A DNA stretch of 64,000 bases from Eubacteriales bacterium. GTDB taxonomy: Bacteria; Bacillota; Clostridia; Oscillospirales; CAG-272. Below are positions 9,730 through 20,054 of this stretch, in pieces. Below the pieces are notes generated by a model, which had not been told where the DNA came from, did not search any database, and saw only the letters and a program-made list of their open reading frames with translations. Within the stretch, counting starts at the first letter, position 1. Each line of letters starts with the position of its first letter. The position numbers and the translations under genes are program-made. The stretch is taken from contig JAZQKG010000037.1 of assembly GCA_045542035.1 (NCBI GenBank), positions 66-64,065 on the forward strand, written 5' to 3'.

Positions 9730-10329
9730 TCACTCCGAATCCTTCTTGATATTTCCTTTTTTAACGTTTTTCTCAATCAGTCCTTTTGAATATTCCCAAA
9801 TATATTCAGAGCCGAGCTTACTTGTTTTCTGTCTGCCTGTAACCTGAGTTTCGTTCACGCCGTGCCTTTTCCAATCCTCTCCGTTATTGATATCGTTTAA
9901 GAGCAACGGCTGAAAATTATCCATAACCTTGACGAATCTCGCCTCAGCGGATTCTCCTTTCTCAAATTCCTCAAAAAGCGCCCTGAGATGCTCATTCTGG
10001 TCACACGGGAGCATACCAAAAATCCTGTCAGCCGCAAGCCGTTCCCTCTCCTTTTGAGTTTCGAGTCCTTTCGTATCGTAGGCATAGGTATCTCCAGCGT
10101 CTATTTCAACGACGTCGTGAATTATAGCCATCATCATCGCCTTAGCAACGTCAAATTCTTCGTTTGCGTATTCTTTCAAAAGATAAATCATCAGCGCCAT
10201 ATGCCAGGCGTGCTCCGCGTCGTTTTCGCGTCTTGAGTATCCGCTTATATGAGTCTGTCTGAAAATATTCTTTTCTTTATCGGCCTCGAGAATGAAATCG
10301 AGCTGTTTTTTAAATCTTTCGCTGTCCAT
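9730..10329 (-). CDS. HD-domain phosphohydrolase (YfbR-like 5'-nucleotidase family)
   Basis: H...HD...D signature: ENDAEHAWHMAL ... IIHDVVEIDAGD. Confidence 0.8.
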   Translation of the reverse strand: MDSERFKKQLDFILEADKEKNIFRQTHISGYSRRENDAEHAWHMALMIYLLKEYANEEFDVAKAMMMAIIHDVVEIDAGDTYAYDTKGLETQKERERLAADRIFGMLPCDQNEHLRALFEEFEKGESAEARFVKVMDNFQPLLLNDINNGEDWKRHGVNETQVTGRQKTSKLGSEYIWEYSKGLIEKNVKKGNIKKDSE

Positions 10330-10341
10330 ATCCGAAAAACC

Positions 10342-11235
10342 TCAATTTCTTCTATCGGTCAAATATATAGCCAAATCCCGCAAAAATTCACTGTTTTCAT
10401 ACTTTGATATTGCGCATACGGCATCCCGTGTCAATTCTTTCGCGTATTTTATAGCCTCATCAACCGTGTAGAAGCTAAGATAGGTTCTCTTCTTTTCCTT
10501 CTCATCAGCGCCGGGATTTTTCCCGAGCTCCTCAGCACTTCCGATAACGTCAAGAACGTCATCAACTATCTGAAAAGCGAGTCCTATATTTTCAGCGTAT
10601 AAATTCACGTCTTTTATTCTTTCGTCATCAAGCGAAACTCCCGCCGCAAGACATCCGAGAAGCGCCGACGCCTTTATAAGCGCTCCCGTTTTGTACGCGT
10701 CCATCTTTTTAAGAGACCCAAGCCCGAGAGGCGAGGTTTCGCCCATAACGTCTATAAATTCGCCTCCGACAAGGCCGTGCGTACCCGTGCAGTCTGAGAG
10801 AACCTTTATCGCTTGGAGATTAAACTCCGCGAGAACGCGCTCGTTTTTGGCTATTACCCCGAAAGCGTCCATAAGAAGTCCGTCACCCGCAAGCAGAGCG
10901 GTGGATTCACCGAAAACGACGTGATTCGTCGGTCTTCCCCTTCTTAATTCATCATCGTCTATGCATGGCAAATCATCATGAATAAGTGATGCCGTGTGGA
11001 CCATTTCAAGCGCGCACCCGTAAGGCAAAGCCGCCTCGTCACTTCCGCCGAACAGACGGCAGAACGCAAGCGCTATAATCGGGCGGATTCTCTTTCCGCC
11101 CGCCATAAGGCTGTACTCCATAGCCTCGATTATTTTAAGAAGCTCCTCATCGCAATTATCGGAATAGATTTTTTTAAGCGAAGAATTGACAAGCTCCGCG
11201 TCATTTTTCATTTGCTGAATCAGTTGAGTGTTCAT
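10342..11235 (-). CDS. ispA: Polyprenyl (farnesyl/geranylgeranyl) diphosphate synthase
   Basis: First Asp-rich motif LIHDDLPCIDDDELRRGRP and second motif FQIVDDVLD. The start is set at the ATG at 11235, which has GGAGA upstream. Confidence 0.85.
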   Translation of the reverse strand: MNTQLIQQMKNDAELVNSSLKKIYSDNCDEELLKIIEAMEYSLMAGGKRIRPIIALAFCRLFGGSDEAALPYGCALEMVHTASLIHDDLPCIDDDELRRGRPTNHVVFGESTALLAGDGLLMDAFGVIAKNERVLAEFNLQAIKVLSDCTGTHGLVGGEFIDVMGETSPLGLGSLKKMDAYKTGALIKASALLGCLAAGVSLDDERIKDVNLYAENIGLAFQIVDDVLDVIGSAEELGKNPGADEKEKKRTYLSFYTVDEAIKYAKELTRDAVCAISKYENSEFLRDLAIYLTDRRN

Positions 11236-11365
11236 ATAAATCTCCATTCTGCTATGCCAATCAAGGCACGAATCTCGGTGTAACAAACATAAATTACAGA
11301 ATTATTATAGCATAATAAATCAAAAAGTTCAACATTATATTTTAAAGAGTGAGCTCAGTCATACA

Positions 11366-12370
11366 TCACAGAAAGGTTTTATAATCTTTGTAATTTTTCT
11401 TCAAAAGCTCAGGTGTATCAAGCCCATAAGGACATTTTGCCTTGCACTTGCCGCAATTTATGCAGTCCTCAATCTTCTTCATTTTCGCCTGTGACTCTGC
11501 TGTTAGGCTCATTGCCGTAGGCGCGCGCCTCAGCATCAGCGACATTCTCGCGCAGCTGTGAATCTCTATTCCCGCAGGACAGGGCATACAGTATCCGCAC
11601 CCGCGGCAGAATTCACCCGAAAGTTCGGCTCTTTCCTTTTCTATGTAGGCGCGGAATTCGTCTGTCATTTTCGGGGGGGCATCGTTATATGAAATGAATT
11701 CATCAAGCTCACATTCGCGCTGGATTCCCCATATAGGAGCGACGGGATAATCGGCAAGGAACGCATATGCAATGTCTGATCGAGTTATAAGTCCGCCTGC
11801 AAGAGCTTTCATACATATAAATCCAACGTCATTTTCCTCGCACAGTTTCACAAGCGCTTCTTCCTTCTCGCTCGCGAGATAAGAAAAAGGAAATTGAAGG
11901 GTTTCGTAAAGTCCAGACCTGACGGCCTCCTCCGCGACCGACAGCCTGTGATTTGTTATTCCTATATGGCGGATTAGTCCCTGCTCTTTTGCCTCAAGCA
12001 TTGCCTCGTAAAGTCCCGTTCCGTCGTTTGGCTTCGGACAGAACGGCGGATTGTGAAACTGATATATATCTATGTAATCGGTTTTGAGAAGCGAAAGACT
12101 CGTCTTCAGCTCCCGCCAAAATCCGTCTACCTCTGTTCTCATCGTTTTCGTAGAAATAATTATCTTATCTCTTACGTCGGAAAGGGCTTTTCCAATCTTC
12201 TCCTCGCTGTCGGTATAAAACCTTGCGGTGTCAAAATAATTTATTCCGCCCCCGTAAGCCTTTCTCAAAATTTTGCAGGCGTCTTCTTCTCCGACTCTTT
12301 GTATCGGAAGCGCTCCAAATCCGTTTTTATTTACGACTATTCCGGTTCTTCCAAGACGTACCGTTTTCAT
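11366..12370 (-). CDS. Aldo/keto reductase with C-terminal 4Fe-4S cluster-binding domain
   Basis: AKR N-terminus (GFGALPIQR ... INYFDTARFY) plus CRGCGYCMPCP and CINCGKCKAKCP motifs. Confidence 0.8.
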   Translation of the reverse strand: MKTVRLGRTGIVVNKNGFGALPIQRVGEEDACKILRKAYGGGINYFDTARFYTDSEEKIGKALSDVRDKIIISTKTMRTEVDGFWRELKTSLSLLKTDYIDIYQFHNPPFCPKPNDGTGLYEAMLEAKEQGLIRHIGITNHRLSVAEEAVRSGLYETLQFPFSYLASEKEEALVKLCEENDVGFICMKALAGGLITRSDIAYAFLADYPVAPIWGIQRECELDEFISYNDAPPKMTDEFRAYIEKERAELSGEFCRGCGYCMPCPAGIEIHSCARMSLMLRRAPTAMSLTAESQAKMKKIEDCINCGKCKAKCPYGLDTPELLKKNYKDYKTFL

Positions 12371-12499
12371 AAAATTTCTCCTATTTCTCAGCTGACCGCG
12401 TTAAGCTTATATAACTGCATTTTATCACATACTTTGCGATTTGTCAATTATGTTTCAAACAAAACCTGACAGGAGTCGTTCTTTTATTTATTTTATCTA

Positions 12500-12528
12500 T
12501 TGACATAAGCTATAAATTATGATATAAT
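12500..12528 (+). promoter_or_regulatory. Sigma-A type promoter of the pyr operon
   Basis: TTGACA (12500-12505), a 17-nt spacer, then TATAAT (12523-12528), about 33 nt upstream of the pyrC ATG. Confidence 0.65.
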
Positions 12529-12560
12529 ATATCGAATAATTTAAGAAAGGCTGTTATGAT

Positions 12561-13811
12561 ATGAAAACTGTTTTCAGAAACGCAATGATATATGAAAATG
12601 GCAAAATTAAAAAGCAGCATATGCTTTTCGACGGCACTTCTATTTCCGTTTTCAAGGGTGAAGCATTTCCTTTTGACGCTAAAGTTATTGATAATACCGT
12701 AATTCTTCCCGGTTTTTGTGATGTACACGTACATTTCAGAGAGCCGGGTTTTTCATATAAGGAAACTATGAAAAGCGGTTCCCTGTCAGCTGCGCGGGGA
12801 GGATATACGGCTGTTATGACAATGCCGAATCTTAAGCCGGCTCCCGATTCAAAGGAAAATCTTGAAATTCAGCTTGACGCTATCAAAAATGACGCCGTAA
12901 TTCCCGTCTACCCATACGGCACGATTACCGTCGGTGAGGCGGGCGAGACTCTTTCGGATATGGAAGGAATAAGCCCCGACGTTATAGGCTTTTCGGATGA
13001 CGGGCGCGGAGTTCAAAATCCCGAAATGATGGAAGAGGCAATGCGAAGAGCGAAGAGCCTCAATAAAATAATAGCCGCGCACTGCGAGGACAATTCCCTT
13101 CTTTTCGGAGGATATATTCACGACGGTGAGTATGCAAGGGCGCATGGCCACCGAGGAATATCTTCCGAGAGCGAATACGCGCAGATAATCCGCGATATCG
13201 AGCTTGTCAAAAAGACCGGCTGCAAATATCACGTTTGCCACGTCTCAGCTAAGGAATCTGTCGAAGCTATAAGGCAAGCGAAGGCTGACGGAGTAGACAT
13301 AACCTGCGAAACGGGTCCGCACTATCTTACCCTTGACGACTCACATCTTCTGGAAGACGGAAGATTTAAAATGAATCCTCCGATAAGGTCAAAAGAAGAT
13401 AAAGAAGCCTTGATACGCGGTTTGCTTGACGGCACGGTTGATATGATTGCGACAGACCACGCTCCGCATTCCCATGAAGAAAAATCAAAGGGCCTTGAAG
13501 GAAGCCTTATGGGCGTTGTCGGACTTGAAACGGCGTTTGCCGTGCTTTATACGAAGCTCGTTATGACGGGCATTATAAGTCTTGAAAAGCTTGTCGATGT
13601 AATGTCGGTGTCTCCGAGGAAAAGATTCGGTGTTACATCTGACCCCGGATTTACCGTGTTCGACGTCGGAAGCGAATATGAAATCGACCCGAGCGAATTC
13701 GCCTCTATGGGCAGAGCGACGCCTTTCCAAAACATGAAGGTGTTTGGCAAATGTCTTCTAACCGTATACGGCGCAAAAGCGGTATTTGCTGATAAAAAAA
13801 TAATTAATTAA
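12561..13811 (+). CDS. pyrC: Dihydroorotase
   Basis: DVHVHFREPG metal-binding motif, later ATDHAPH, and pyr operon context. Confidence 0.9.
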   Translation: MKTVFRNAMIYENGKIKKQHMLFDGTSISVFKGEAFPFDAKVIDNTVILPGFCDVHVHFREPGFSYKETMKSGSLSAARGGYTAVMTMPNLKPAPDSKENLEIQLDAIKNDAVIPVYPYGTITVGEAGETLSDMEGISPDVIGFSDDGRGVQNPEMMEEAMRRAKSLNKIIAAHCEDNSLLFGGYIHDGEYARAHGHRGISSESEYAQIIRDIELVKKTGCKYHVCHVSAKESVEAIRQAKADGVDITCETGPHYLTLDDSHLLEDGRFKMNPPIRSKEDKEALIRGLLDGTVDMIATDHAPHSHEEKSKGLEGSLMGVVGLETAFAVLYTKLVMTGIISLEKLVDVMSVSPRKRFGVTSDPGFTVFDVGSEYEIDPSEFASMGRATPFQNMKVFGKCLLTVYGAKAVFADKKIIN

Positions 13812-13842
13812 TATATTCTCACCGAAACGAAAGGAAAAGAAA

Positions 13843-16800
13843 ATGGCAAAGAGAACAGACATTAAACGAGTTATGATAATAGGCTCAGGTCCTATTATAA
13901 TCGGTCAGGCTGCCGAGTTTGACTACGCCGGCACGCAAGCCTGCCTTGCTCTTAAGGAAGAGGGATACGAGGTAATTCTCGTCAACTCCAACCCCGCGAC
14001 TATTATGACGGATACCACCGTAGCGGACAAGGTTTATATGGAGCCCCTCACACTTGAATACATCGCGAAAATCATAAGATACGAGCGCCCCGACGCCATA
14101 GTCCCCGGCATTGGCGGACAGACTGGTCTTAATATGGCTATGCTCCTCGAAAAGAAGGGCATTCTCAAGGAAAACGGAGTCGAGCTTCTCGGAACTTCAA
14201 GCGTGAGCATTGAACGCGCTGAGGACAGAGAGCTTTTCAAGGAGCTTTGCGAGTCAATCGGCGAGCCCGTAATTCCCTCGGATATAGCCAATACTCTTGA
14301 CGAGGCTGTCGCGGCAGCTAAAAAAATCGGATATCCCGTCGTTCTTCGCCCTGCGTTCACTCTCGGCGGAACAGGCGGAGGATTCGCGTATAACGAGGAT
14401 GAACTCAGAAATCTCGCCGTAGGCGCTCTTACCGCGTCCCCCGTTCATCAGGTTCTTGTTGAAAAGAGCGTAAAGGGATATAAAGAAATAGAATTTGAGG
14501 TAATGCGCGACGGAGATGATAACGCCATCACTATCTGCGGTATGGAAAATATTGACCCCGTCGGTGTTCATACGGGTGACAGTATAGTCGTCGCTCCTAT
14601 AATGACCCTTAACGACCATGACCTCAAGATGCTTAACGACAGCGCTATAAAGCTTATCCGCGAGCTTAAAATAGAGGGCGGATGCAACGTTCAGTTCGCT
14701 CTCAATCCCGACTCATCTGAATATTATCTCATTGAGGTTAATCCGAGAGTTTCAAGAAGCTCGGCTCTTGCCTCCAAGGCGAGCGGCTATCCTATAGCAA
14801 GAGTTACAGCGAAAATTGCAGTCGGAATGACACTTGACGAAATTGAGGTTGCTGGAACAAAGGCGTCATTTGAGCCCTCCCTTGACTACGTAGTTGCAAA
14901 ATTCCCCCGCTTCCCGTTTGATAAGTTCACCTCCGTTCCGAACAAGCTCGGCACTCAGATGAAGGCGACGGGCGAATGTATGAGTATCGGCTCTAACCTT
15001 GAGGAGTGCTTGCTCAAATCCGTTCGCTCACTCGAGATTGGCGTGTATCATTTCTCTATGGCTAAGTTTGAGAACATGGCCGAAGATAAGATGCTCGAAT
15101 ACATCAATGAATTCCATGACGATAACATTTTCGCTATCACGGAATTGATGCGCAAGGGTCATACCGTGAAAGAGCTTCACGAGATTACGAAAATTACGTC
15201 ATTCTTCCTTGAATCCATTCAAAAGATAGTTAATATGGAAAAGGCTCTCACAAAGAAAAAGGGTGACAAAAAGCTCCTTGGCGAAGCAAAGATTATGGGC
15301 TTCTCCGACAAAATAATAGCAAAGCTTTGGGGATGCACCGAGCTTGACGTTGCAAACGCGCGCAAAAAGGCAGGAATAATTCCCGCTTACCGCATGGTTG
15401 ACACAGCGCACGTCGGAGCTTACATTCCCTACTTCTATTCCTCGTACACAGGGGAGAATCAGTCAAAGCTTACGAACAGAAAAAAGGTCGTTGTTCTCGG
15501 AGCGGGACCTATAAGAATCGGTCAGGGCGTTGAATTCGACTATTCCACCGTTCACGCGGTTAACACCATTCGCCGCCTCGGATACGAATCCATAATAATC
15601 AACAACAACCCCGAGACCGTTTCACCCGACTACACCACGGCGGACAAGCTCTATTTCGAGCCGCTTACGGTTGAAGACGTTATGAGCGTTATCGAATTTG
15701 AAAAGCCTATCGGAGTTATAGCGTCACTTGGCGGACAGACCGCTATAAACCTTGCCGCTCCTCTTGCCGAGCGCGGTGTGAAAATCATCGGAACAGACTG
15801 CGACGCAATAGAAAGAGCCGAAAACCGCGACGCGTTTGAAAAGATACTTGAGGAGCTGAAAATTCCTCAGCCCAAGGGTCAGGCGGTAACAAAAATAGAA
15901 GACGGCGTCAAGGTTGCGAAGGAAGTCGGATATCCCGTTCTCGTGCGTCCGAGCTTCGTTCTCGGCGGAAGAGCTATGCAGCTTGTCGGAAACGAGGAGC
16001 AGCTTCGCCACTATCTGCGCACAGCCGTTGAAATTGACGAGGACAAGCCGGTTCTCGTTGACCATTACATTCAGGGTAAAGAGGTTGAGGTTGACGCGAT
16101 ATGCGACGGACACGACGTTTTCGTTGCGGGTATAATGGAGCTTGTTGAGCGCACCGGTATTCACTCGGGTGACTCTATAAGCGTATATCCCTCATTCTCA
16201 ATATCCAATAAGGTGAAAGGCAAAATTCTCACCTACACAAAGCAACTCGGTCTCGGAATCGGAATTATCGGCCTTTTCAACATTCAGTTTATAGTCGACG
16301 AAAAGGACGACGTATATATCATAGAGGTTAACCCCCGTTCCTCAAGAACCGTTCCCTTCCTTTCTAAATCTACGGGATACTCTCTTGCGGATATCGCAAC
16401 CGAGGTTATTATGGGAGCAACCCTTAAAGAGCTTGGAATATTCGATATATACCCCGAAGAGAAAAAGCGCTGGTACTGCAAGGTTCCCGTATTCTCATTC
16501 AAGAAGATAAACGGAATCGACGCATACCTTTCTCCCGAAATGAAATCCACCGGTGAGGCTATAGGCTACGACGACGACCTTAATCGCGCGTTCTACAAAG
16601 CGCTTCAGGCATCGGGAATGAATATTCAGAACTACGGAACGGTTTTCGTTACCATAGCCGACGCGGATAAGGAAGAGGCTCTTCCGCTTATCAGAAGATT
16701 CTACAATCTCGGATTCAACATTGAAGCGACTCGCGGAACTGCAATGTTCTTAAAGGAGCACGGAATTAAAACGAGAATTAAGGAAAAAATCAGCTCCGGC

Positions 16801-17016
16801 TCGCTTGATATTGCAGACTCGTTGAGAGCAGGTCACGTTGCTTACGTAATCAACACGAGCGACCTCTCCTCTACCGACCAGCAGAAGGACGGACACGAGA
16901 TACGCACGATTGCAACCGAAACAGGAACCACGATGTTTACGTCGCTTGACACGGTCAAGGTGCTTCTCGACGTGCTTGAGGACATCACAATAACGATATC
17001 TACTATAGACAGCTGA
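13843..17016 (+). CDS. carB: Carbamoyl-phosphate synthase large subunit
   Basis: 1057 aa with duplicated ATP-grasp halves (IIGSGPIIIGQAAEFDYAG and VLGAGPIRIGQGVEFDYS) and a C-terminal MGS-like domain. Confidence 0.95.
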   Translation: MAKRTDIKRVMIIGSGPIIIGQAAEFDYAGTQACLALKEEGYEVILVNSNPATIMTDTTVADKVYMEPLTLEYIAKIIRYERPDAIVPGIGGQTGLNMAMLLEKKGILKENGVELLGTSSVSIERAEDRELFKELCESIGEPVIPSDIANTLDEAVAAAKKIGYPVVLRPAFTLGGTGGGFAYNEDELRNLAVGALTASPVHQVLVEKSVKGYKEIEFEVMRDGDDNAITICGMENIDPVGVHTGDSIVVAPIMTLNDHDLKMLNDSAIKLIRELKIEGGCNVQFALNPDSSEYYLIEVNPRVSRSSALASKASGYPIARVTAKIAVGMTLDEIEVAGTKASFEPSLDYVVAKFPRFPFDKFTSVPNKLGTQMKATGECMSIGSNLEECLLKSVRSLEIGVYHFSMAKFENMAEDKMLEYINEFHDDNIFAITELMRKGHTVKELHEITKITSFFLESIQKIVNMEKALTKKKGDKKLLGEAKIMGFSDKIIAKLWGCTELDVANARKKAGIIPAYRMVDTAHVGAYIPYFYSSYTGENQSKLTNRKKVVVLGAGPIRIGQGVEFDYSTVHAVNTIRRLGYESIIINNNPETVSPDYTTADKLYFEPLTVEDVMSVIEFEKPIGVIASLGGQTAINLAAPLAERGVKIIGTDCDAIERAENRDAFEKILEELKIPQPKGQAVTKIEDGVKVAKEVGYPVLVRPSFVLGGRAMQLVGNEEQLRHYLRTAVEIDEDKPVLVDHYIQGKEVEVDAICDGHDVFVAGIMELVERTGIHSGDSISVYPSFSISNKVKGKILTYTKQLGLGIGIIGLFNIQFIVDEKDDVYIIEVNPRSSRTVPFLSKSTGYSLADIATEVIMGATLKELGIFDIYPEEKKRWYCKVPVFSFKKINGIDAYLSPEMKSTGEAIGYDDDLNRAFYKALQASGMNIQNYGTVFVTIADADKEEALPLIRRFYNLGFNIEATRGTAMFLKEHGIKTRIKEKISSGSLDIADSLRAGHVAYVINTSDLSSTDQQKDGHEIRTIATETGTTMFTSLDTVKVLLDVLEDITITISTIDS

Positions 17017-17017
17017 T

Positions 17018-17749
17018 ATGAAAACAGGAATATTTGAACTTATATCTAACAAAAAAATAGCAAAGAACACTTACGAATGGGTTCTTTCGGGAGATACGTC
17101 AGACATATCCGCTCCCGGTCAGTTCGTTAACATACAGCTTGACGGATTTTATTTAAGACGCCCTATATCCGTGTGCGACTGTGTGAGCGGTAAGCTGACG
17201 CTTATATTCAAAGCCGTAGGCGCGGGAACCGAGAAAATGGCAAAGATGCTCCTCGGTGAGAAGCTTGACATTCTCATCGGCCTCGGTAACGGCTACGACC
17301 TTCGCGAAGCGGGAAACGCGCCTCTGCTTATCGGAGGCGGCGCGGGTGTTCCCCCCATGTTTATGCTTGCGAAGGAGCTTATCTCCCTCGGCAAAAAGGT
17401 CACGGTTATACTCGGCTTCGGCTCAAAGGACGAGGTTTTCTACAAAGAAGAATTTGAAAAAATCGGCGCTTCGGTCATAGTTGCGACAGCCGACGGTACG
17501 GAGGGTGTGCGCGGATTTGTTACCGATGCAATGAACGGTATTGAATATACGTATTTTTACACCTGCGGTCCCGAGCCTATGCTTAAAGCTGTATACGATA
17601 AATCCGAAACCTCGGGTCAATTCAGCTTTGAAGAAAGAATGGGATGCGGCTTCGGCGCATGTATGGGCTGCTCCTGCAAGACGAAATACGGAAACAAGAG
17701 AATCTGCCGTGACGGCCCCGTTCTCGTAAAGGAGGAAATAATATGGTAA
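17018..17749 (+). CDS. pyrK: Dihydroorotate dehydrogenase electron-transfer subunit
   Basis: FAD/NAD-binding fold plus a C-terminal 2Fe-2S motif CGFGACMGCSC. Overlaps pyrD. Confidence 0.9.
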   Translation: MKTGIFELISNKKIAKNTYEWVLSGDTSDISAPGQFVNIQLDGFYLRRPISVCDCVSGKLTLIFKAVGAGTEKMAKMLLGEKLDILIGLGNGYDLREAGNAPLLIGGGAGVPPMFMLAKELISLGKKVTVILGFGSKDEVFYKEEFEKIGASVIVATADGTEGVRGFVTDAMNGIEYTYFYTCGPEPMLKAVYDKSETSGQFSFEERMGCGFGACMGCSCKTKYGNKRICRDGPVLVKEEIIW

Positions 17750-18657
17750 ACTTAAAAACCGACCTTTGCGGAATAACTCTCGATAATCCTATAATTCCCG
17801 CAAGCGGAACGTATGGGTTTGGCTATGAATTTGCAGAGCTTTACGACATAAACATTCTCGGCACGCTCTCTTTCAAGGGAACGACGCTTGACGCGAGATT
17901 TGGAAATCCCACCCCGAGAATTGCGGAATGCCCTTCGGGAATGCTGAACGCCGTAGGACTTCAAAACCCCGGTGTCGACGCGGTAATATCACACGAGCTT
18001 CCAAAGCTTCGCGAGGTGTTCCACAAGCCCGTTATGGCAAACGTTTCGGGTTTTTCCGAGCGTGAATACGTAGAAACGGTCGAAAAACTTGACACGCAGT
18101 CGGATATCGGCTGGTTTGAGGTCAACATATCCTGCCCGAACGTGCACGGGGGCGGAATGAGCTTCGGAACGTCACCCGAGGCTGCTGGAGAGATTACCCG
18201 CGCTGTAAGAAAAGTTACAAAGAAGCCTCTTATAATCAAGCTTTCGCCTAACGTCACGGATATCGTTTCGATAGCGAAGGCGTGTGAAGCAAACGGCGCT
18301 GACGGAATAAGTCTTATCAACACCCTTCTCGGAATGAGAATTGACTTAAAAAAGCGCGCACCGATAATTGCTAACAAAACGGGCGGTTATTCGGGTCCCG
18401 CTATATTGCCGGTTGCCGTCAGAATGGTTTGCCAGGTTTACGACGCGGTTAAAATTCCGATTGTCGGTATGGGCGGTGTAAGCTCTGCCGAGGACGTTAT
18501 TGAATTTATGATGGCGGGAGCTACTGCCGTTGAGGTGGGCGCCGCAAACCTTGTTAACCCCTATGCGTGCCGCGATATTATAAACGATTTGCCCGCGGTT
18601 ATGGAAAAATACAGAATTGAAAGCCTTGCCGATATTATCGGCGCGGCTCACAAATAA
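17743..18657 (+). CDS. pyrD: Dihydroorotate dehydrogenase (class 1B) catalytic subunit
   Basis: 304 aa with NPIIPASGTYGFG ... NISCPNV ... GGYSGPAI motifs. Confidence 0.92.
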   Translation: MVNLKTDLCGITLDNPIIPASGTYGFGYEFAELYDINILGTLSFKGTTLDARFGNPTPRIAECPSGMLNAVGLQNPGVDAVISHELPKLREVFHKPVMANVSGFSEREYVETVEKLDTQSDIGWFEVNISCPNVHGGGMSFGTSPEAAGEITRAVRKVTKKPLIIKLSPNVTDIVSIAKACEANGADGISLINTLLGMRIDLKKRAPIIANKTGGYSGPAILPVAVRMVCQVYDAVKIPIVGMGGVSSAEDVIEFMMAGATAVEVGAANLVNPYACRDIINDLPAVMEKYRIESLADIIGAAHK

Positions 18658-18676
18658 TAAAAAGTGAGGATTTAAA

Positions 18677-19375
18677 ATGGGAAAGGACGTTATCATTGCC
18701 TGCGACTTCGCAAGCGCGGAAGACACTTTTAAATTTCTTGATAAATTCGAGGGTAAAAAGCCCTTTGTTAAAATCGGTATGGAGTTATACTATGCCGAAG
18801 GTCCTTCTATAGTTAAGGAGATAAAGAAAAGAGGTCATAAAATATTCCTTGACCTCAAGCTTCATGATATTCCGAACACCGTAAAAAAATCAATGGCTGT
18901 GCTTTCACGCCTTGACGTTGATATGACCAACCTTCACGCAAGCGGAACTATTCCTATGATGGAGGCGGCAATCGAGGGACTTACAAGACCCGACGGAACA
19001 CGACCCCTGCTTATCGCGGTTACACAGCTTACATCAACCGATGAAGAAACAATGAAGCGCGACCTTCTTATAAACGAGCCCATCGCAGACGTTGTTATGC
19101 ATTACGCTAATAACGCGAAGCTTGCGGGACTTGACGGTGTCGTTTGCTCCCCACTTGAAGCAGGTAAGGTTCATGACAGATGCGGCAAGGATTTTGTAAC
19201 CGTTACACCCGGCGTAAGATTTGCTGACGGAGATAAGGGTGACCAAAAGAGAGTTATGACCCCTGCCGAAGCAAAACGCATAGGCTCGGATTACATCGTT
19301 GTCAGAAGACCTATTACGGCGGCGGAAGACCCGGTTGCAGCTTACGAGCGCTGCATTAATGAATTTGTAGGTTAA
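18677..19375 (+). CDS. pyrF: Orotidine 5'-phosphate decarboxylase
   Basis: IIACDF ... KIGMELY ... [12 protein letters not shown] signature. Confidence 0.92.
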   Translation: MGKDVIIACDFASAEDTFKFLDKFEGKKPFVKIGMELYYAEGPSIVKEIKKRGHKIFLDLKLHDIPNTVKKSMAVLSRLDVDMTNLHASGTIPMMEAAIEGLTRPDGTRPLLIAVTQLTSTDEETMKRDLLINEPIADVVMHYANNAKLAGLDGVVCSPLEAGKVHDRCGKDFVTVTPGVRFADGDKGDQKRVMTPAEAKRIGSDYIVVRRPITAAEDPVAAYERCINEFVG

Positions 19376-19387
19376 AGGAGAGTTGAA

Positions 19388-20044
19388 ATGGAAAGCTATA
19401 AGAGAGAATTTATAAAATTTCTTGAGGGCGCGGGAGTTCTTAAGTTTGGAGATTTCACAGCAAAAAGCGGAAGAAAAATTCCGTACTTTATTAACGCGGG
19501 CGATATAAAAACAGGCGAGCAGATTTCAAAGCTCGGAGAGTTTTACGCAAAAGCGTATCTTGAAAAGGTTGGAAACAAAAAAGCAGTGCTCTACGGTCCC
19601 GCATACAAAGGAATTTCAATTGCCGTTTCATCGGCTGTTGCTCTTGCTAAATCCGGACTCGACCTTCCCTTCTTCTTTAACAGAAAGGAAGCGAAGGACC
19701 ACGGCGAAGGCGGTGTTTTCGTAGGATACGTACCAAAGGAAAATGAGAATATAGTTATCGTTGAGGACGTAATTACCGCGGGAACTGCCATTCGCGAAAG
19801 CATGGAGATACTTTCATCCCTTAAGGGCGCGAAGGCAATAGCAACCTTCGTTATGGTTGACAGAAAAGAAAAGGGTAAAACCGAAAAGTCCGCAATGGCA
19901 GAGGTTGGCGAGGAATTCGGATTCCCCGTTTACTCGGTAGTTGACGTTTACGACATTATCGAATATCTTGAAGAGGACGAAGCTAACCGCGAAAACGTTG
20001 AGCGCATAAAGAAATATCTCGAAGTAAACGGCGCTAAGGCTTAA
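19388..20044 (+). CDS. pyrE: Orotate phosphoribosyltransferase
   Basis: PRPP-binding motif [14 protein letters not shown], in pyr operon context. Confidence 0.9.
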   Translation: MESYKREFIKFLEGAGVLKFGDFTAKSGRKIPYFINAGDIKTGEQISKLGEFYAKAYLEKVGNKKAVLYGPAYKGISIAVSSAVALAKSGLDLPFFFNRKEAKDHGEGGVFVGYVPKENENIVIVEDVITAGTAIRESMEILSSLKGAKAIATFVMVDRKEKGKTEKSAMAEVGEEFGFPVYSVVDVYDIIEYLEEDEANRENVERIKKYLEVNGAKA

Positions 20045-20054
20045 GGAGATAAAT

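Noticed and set aside
12510-12734. A 74-aa minus-strand ORF overlapping the pyr promoter and the pyrC start.
   Set aside because: It overlaps a consensus promoter and a well-supported pyrC, and is low-complexity and AT-driven.
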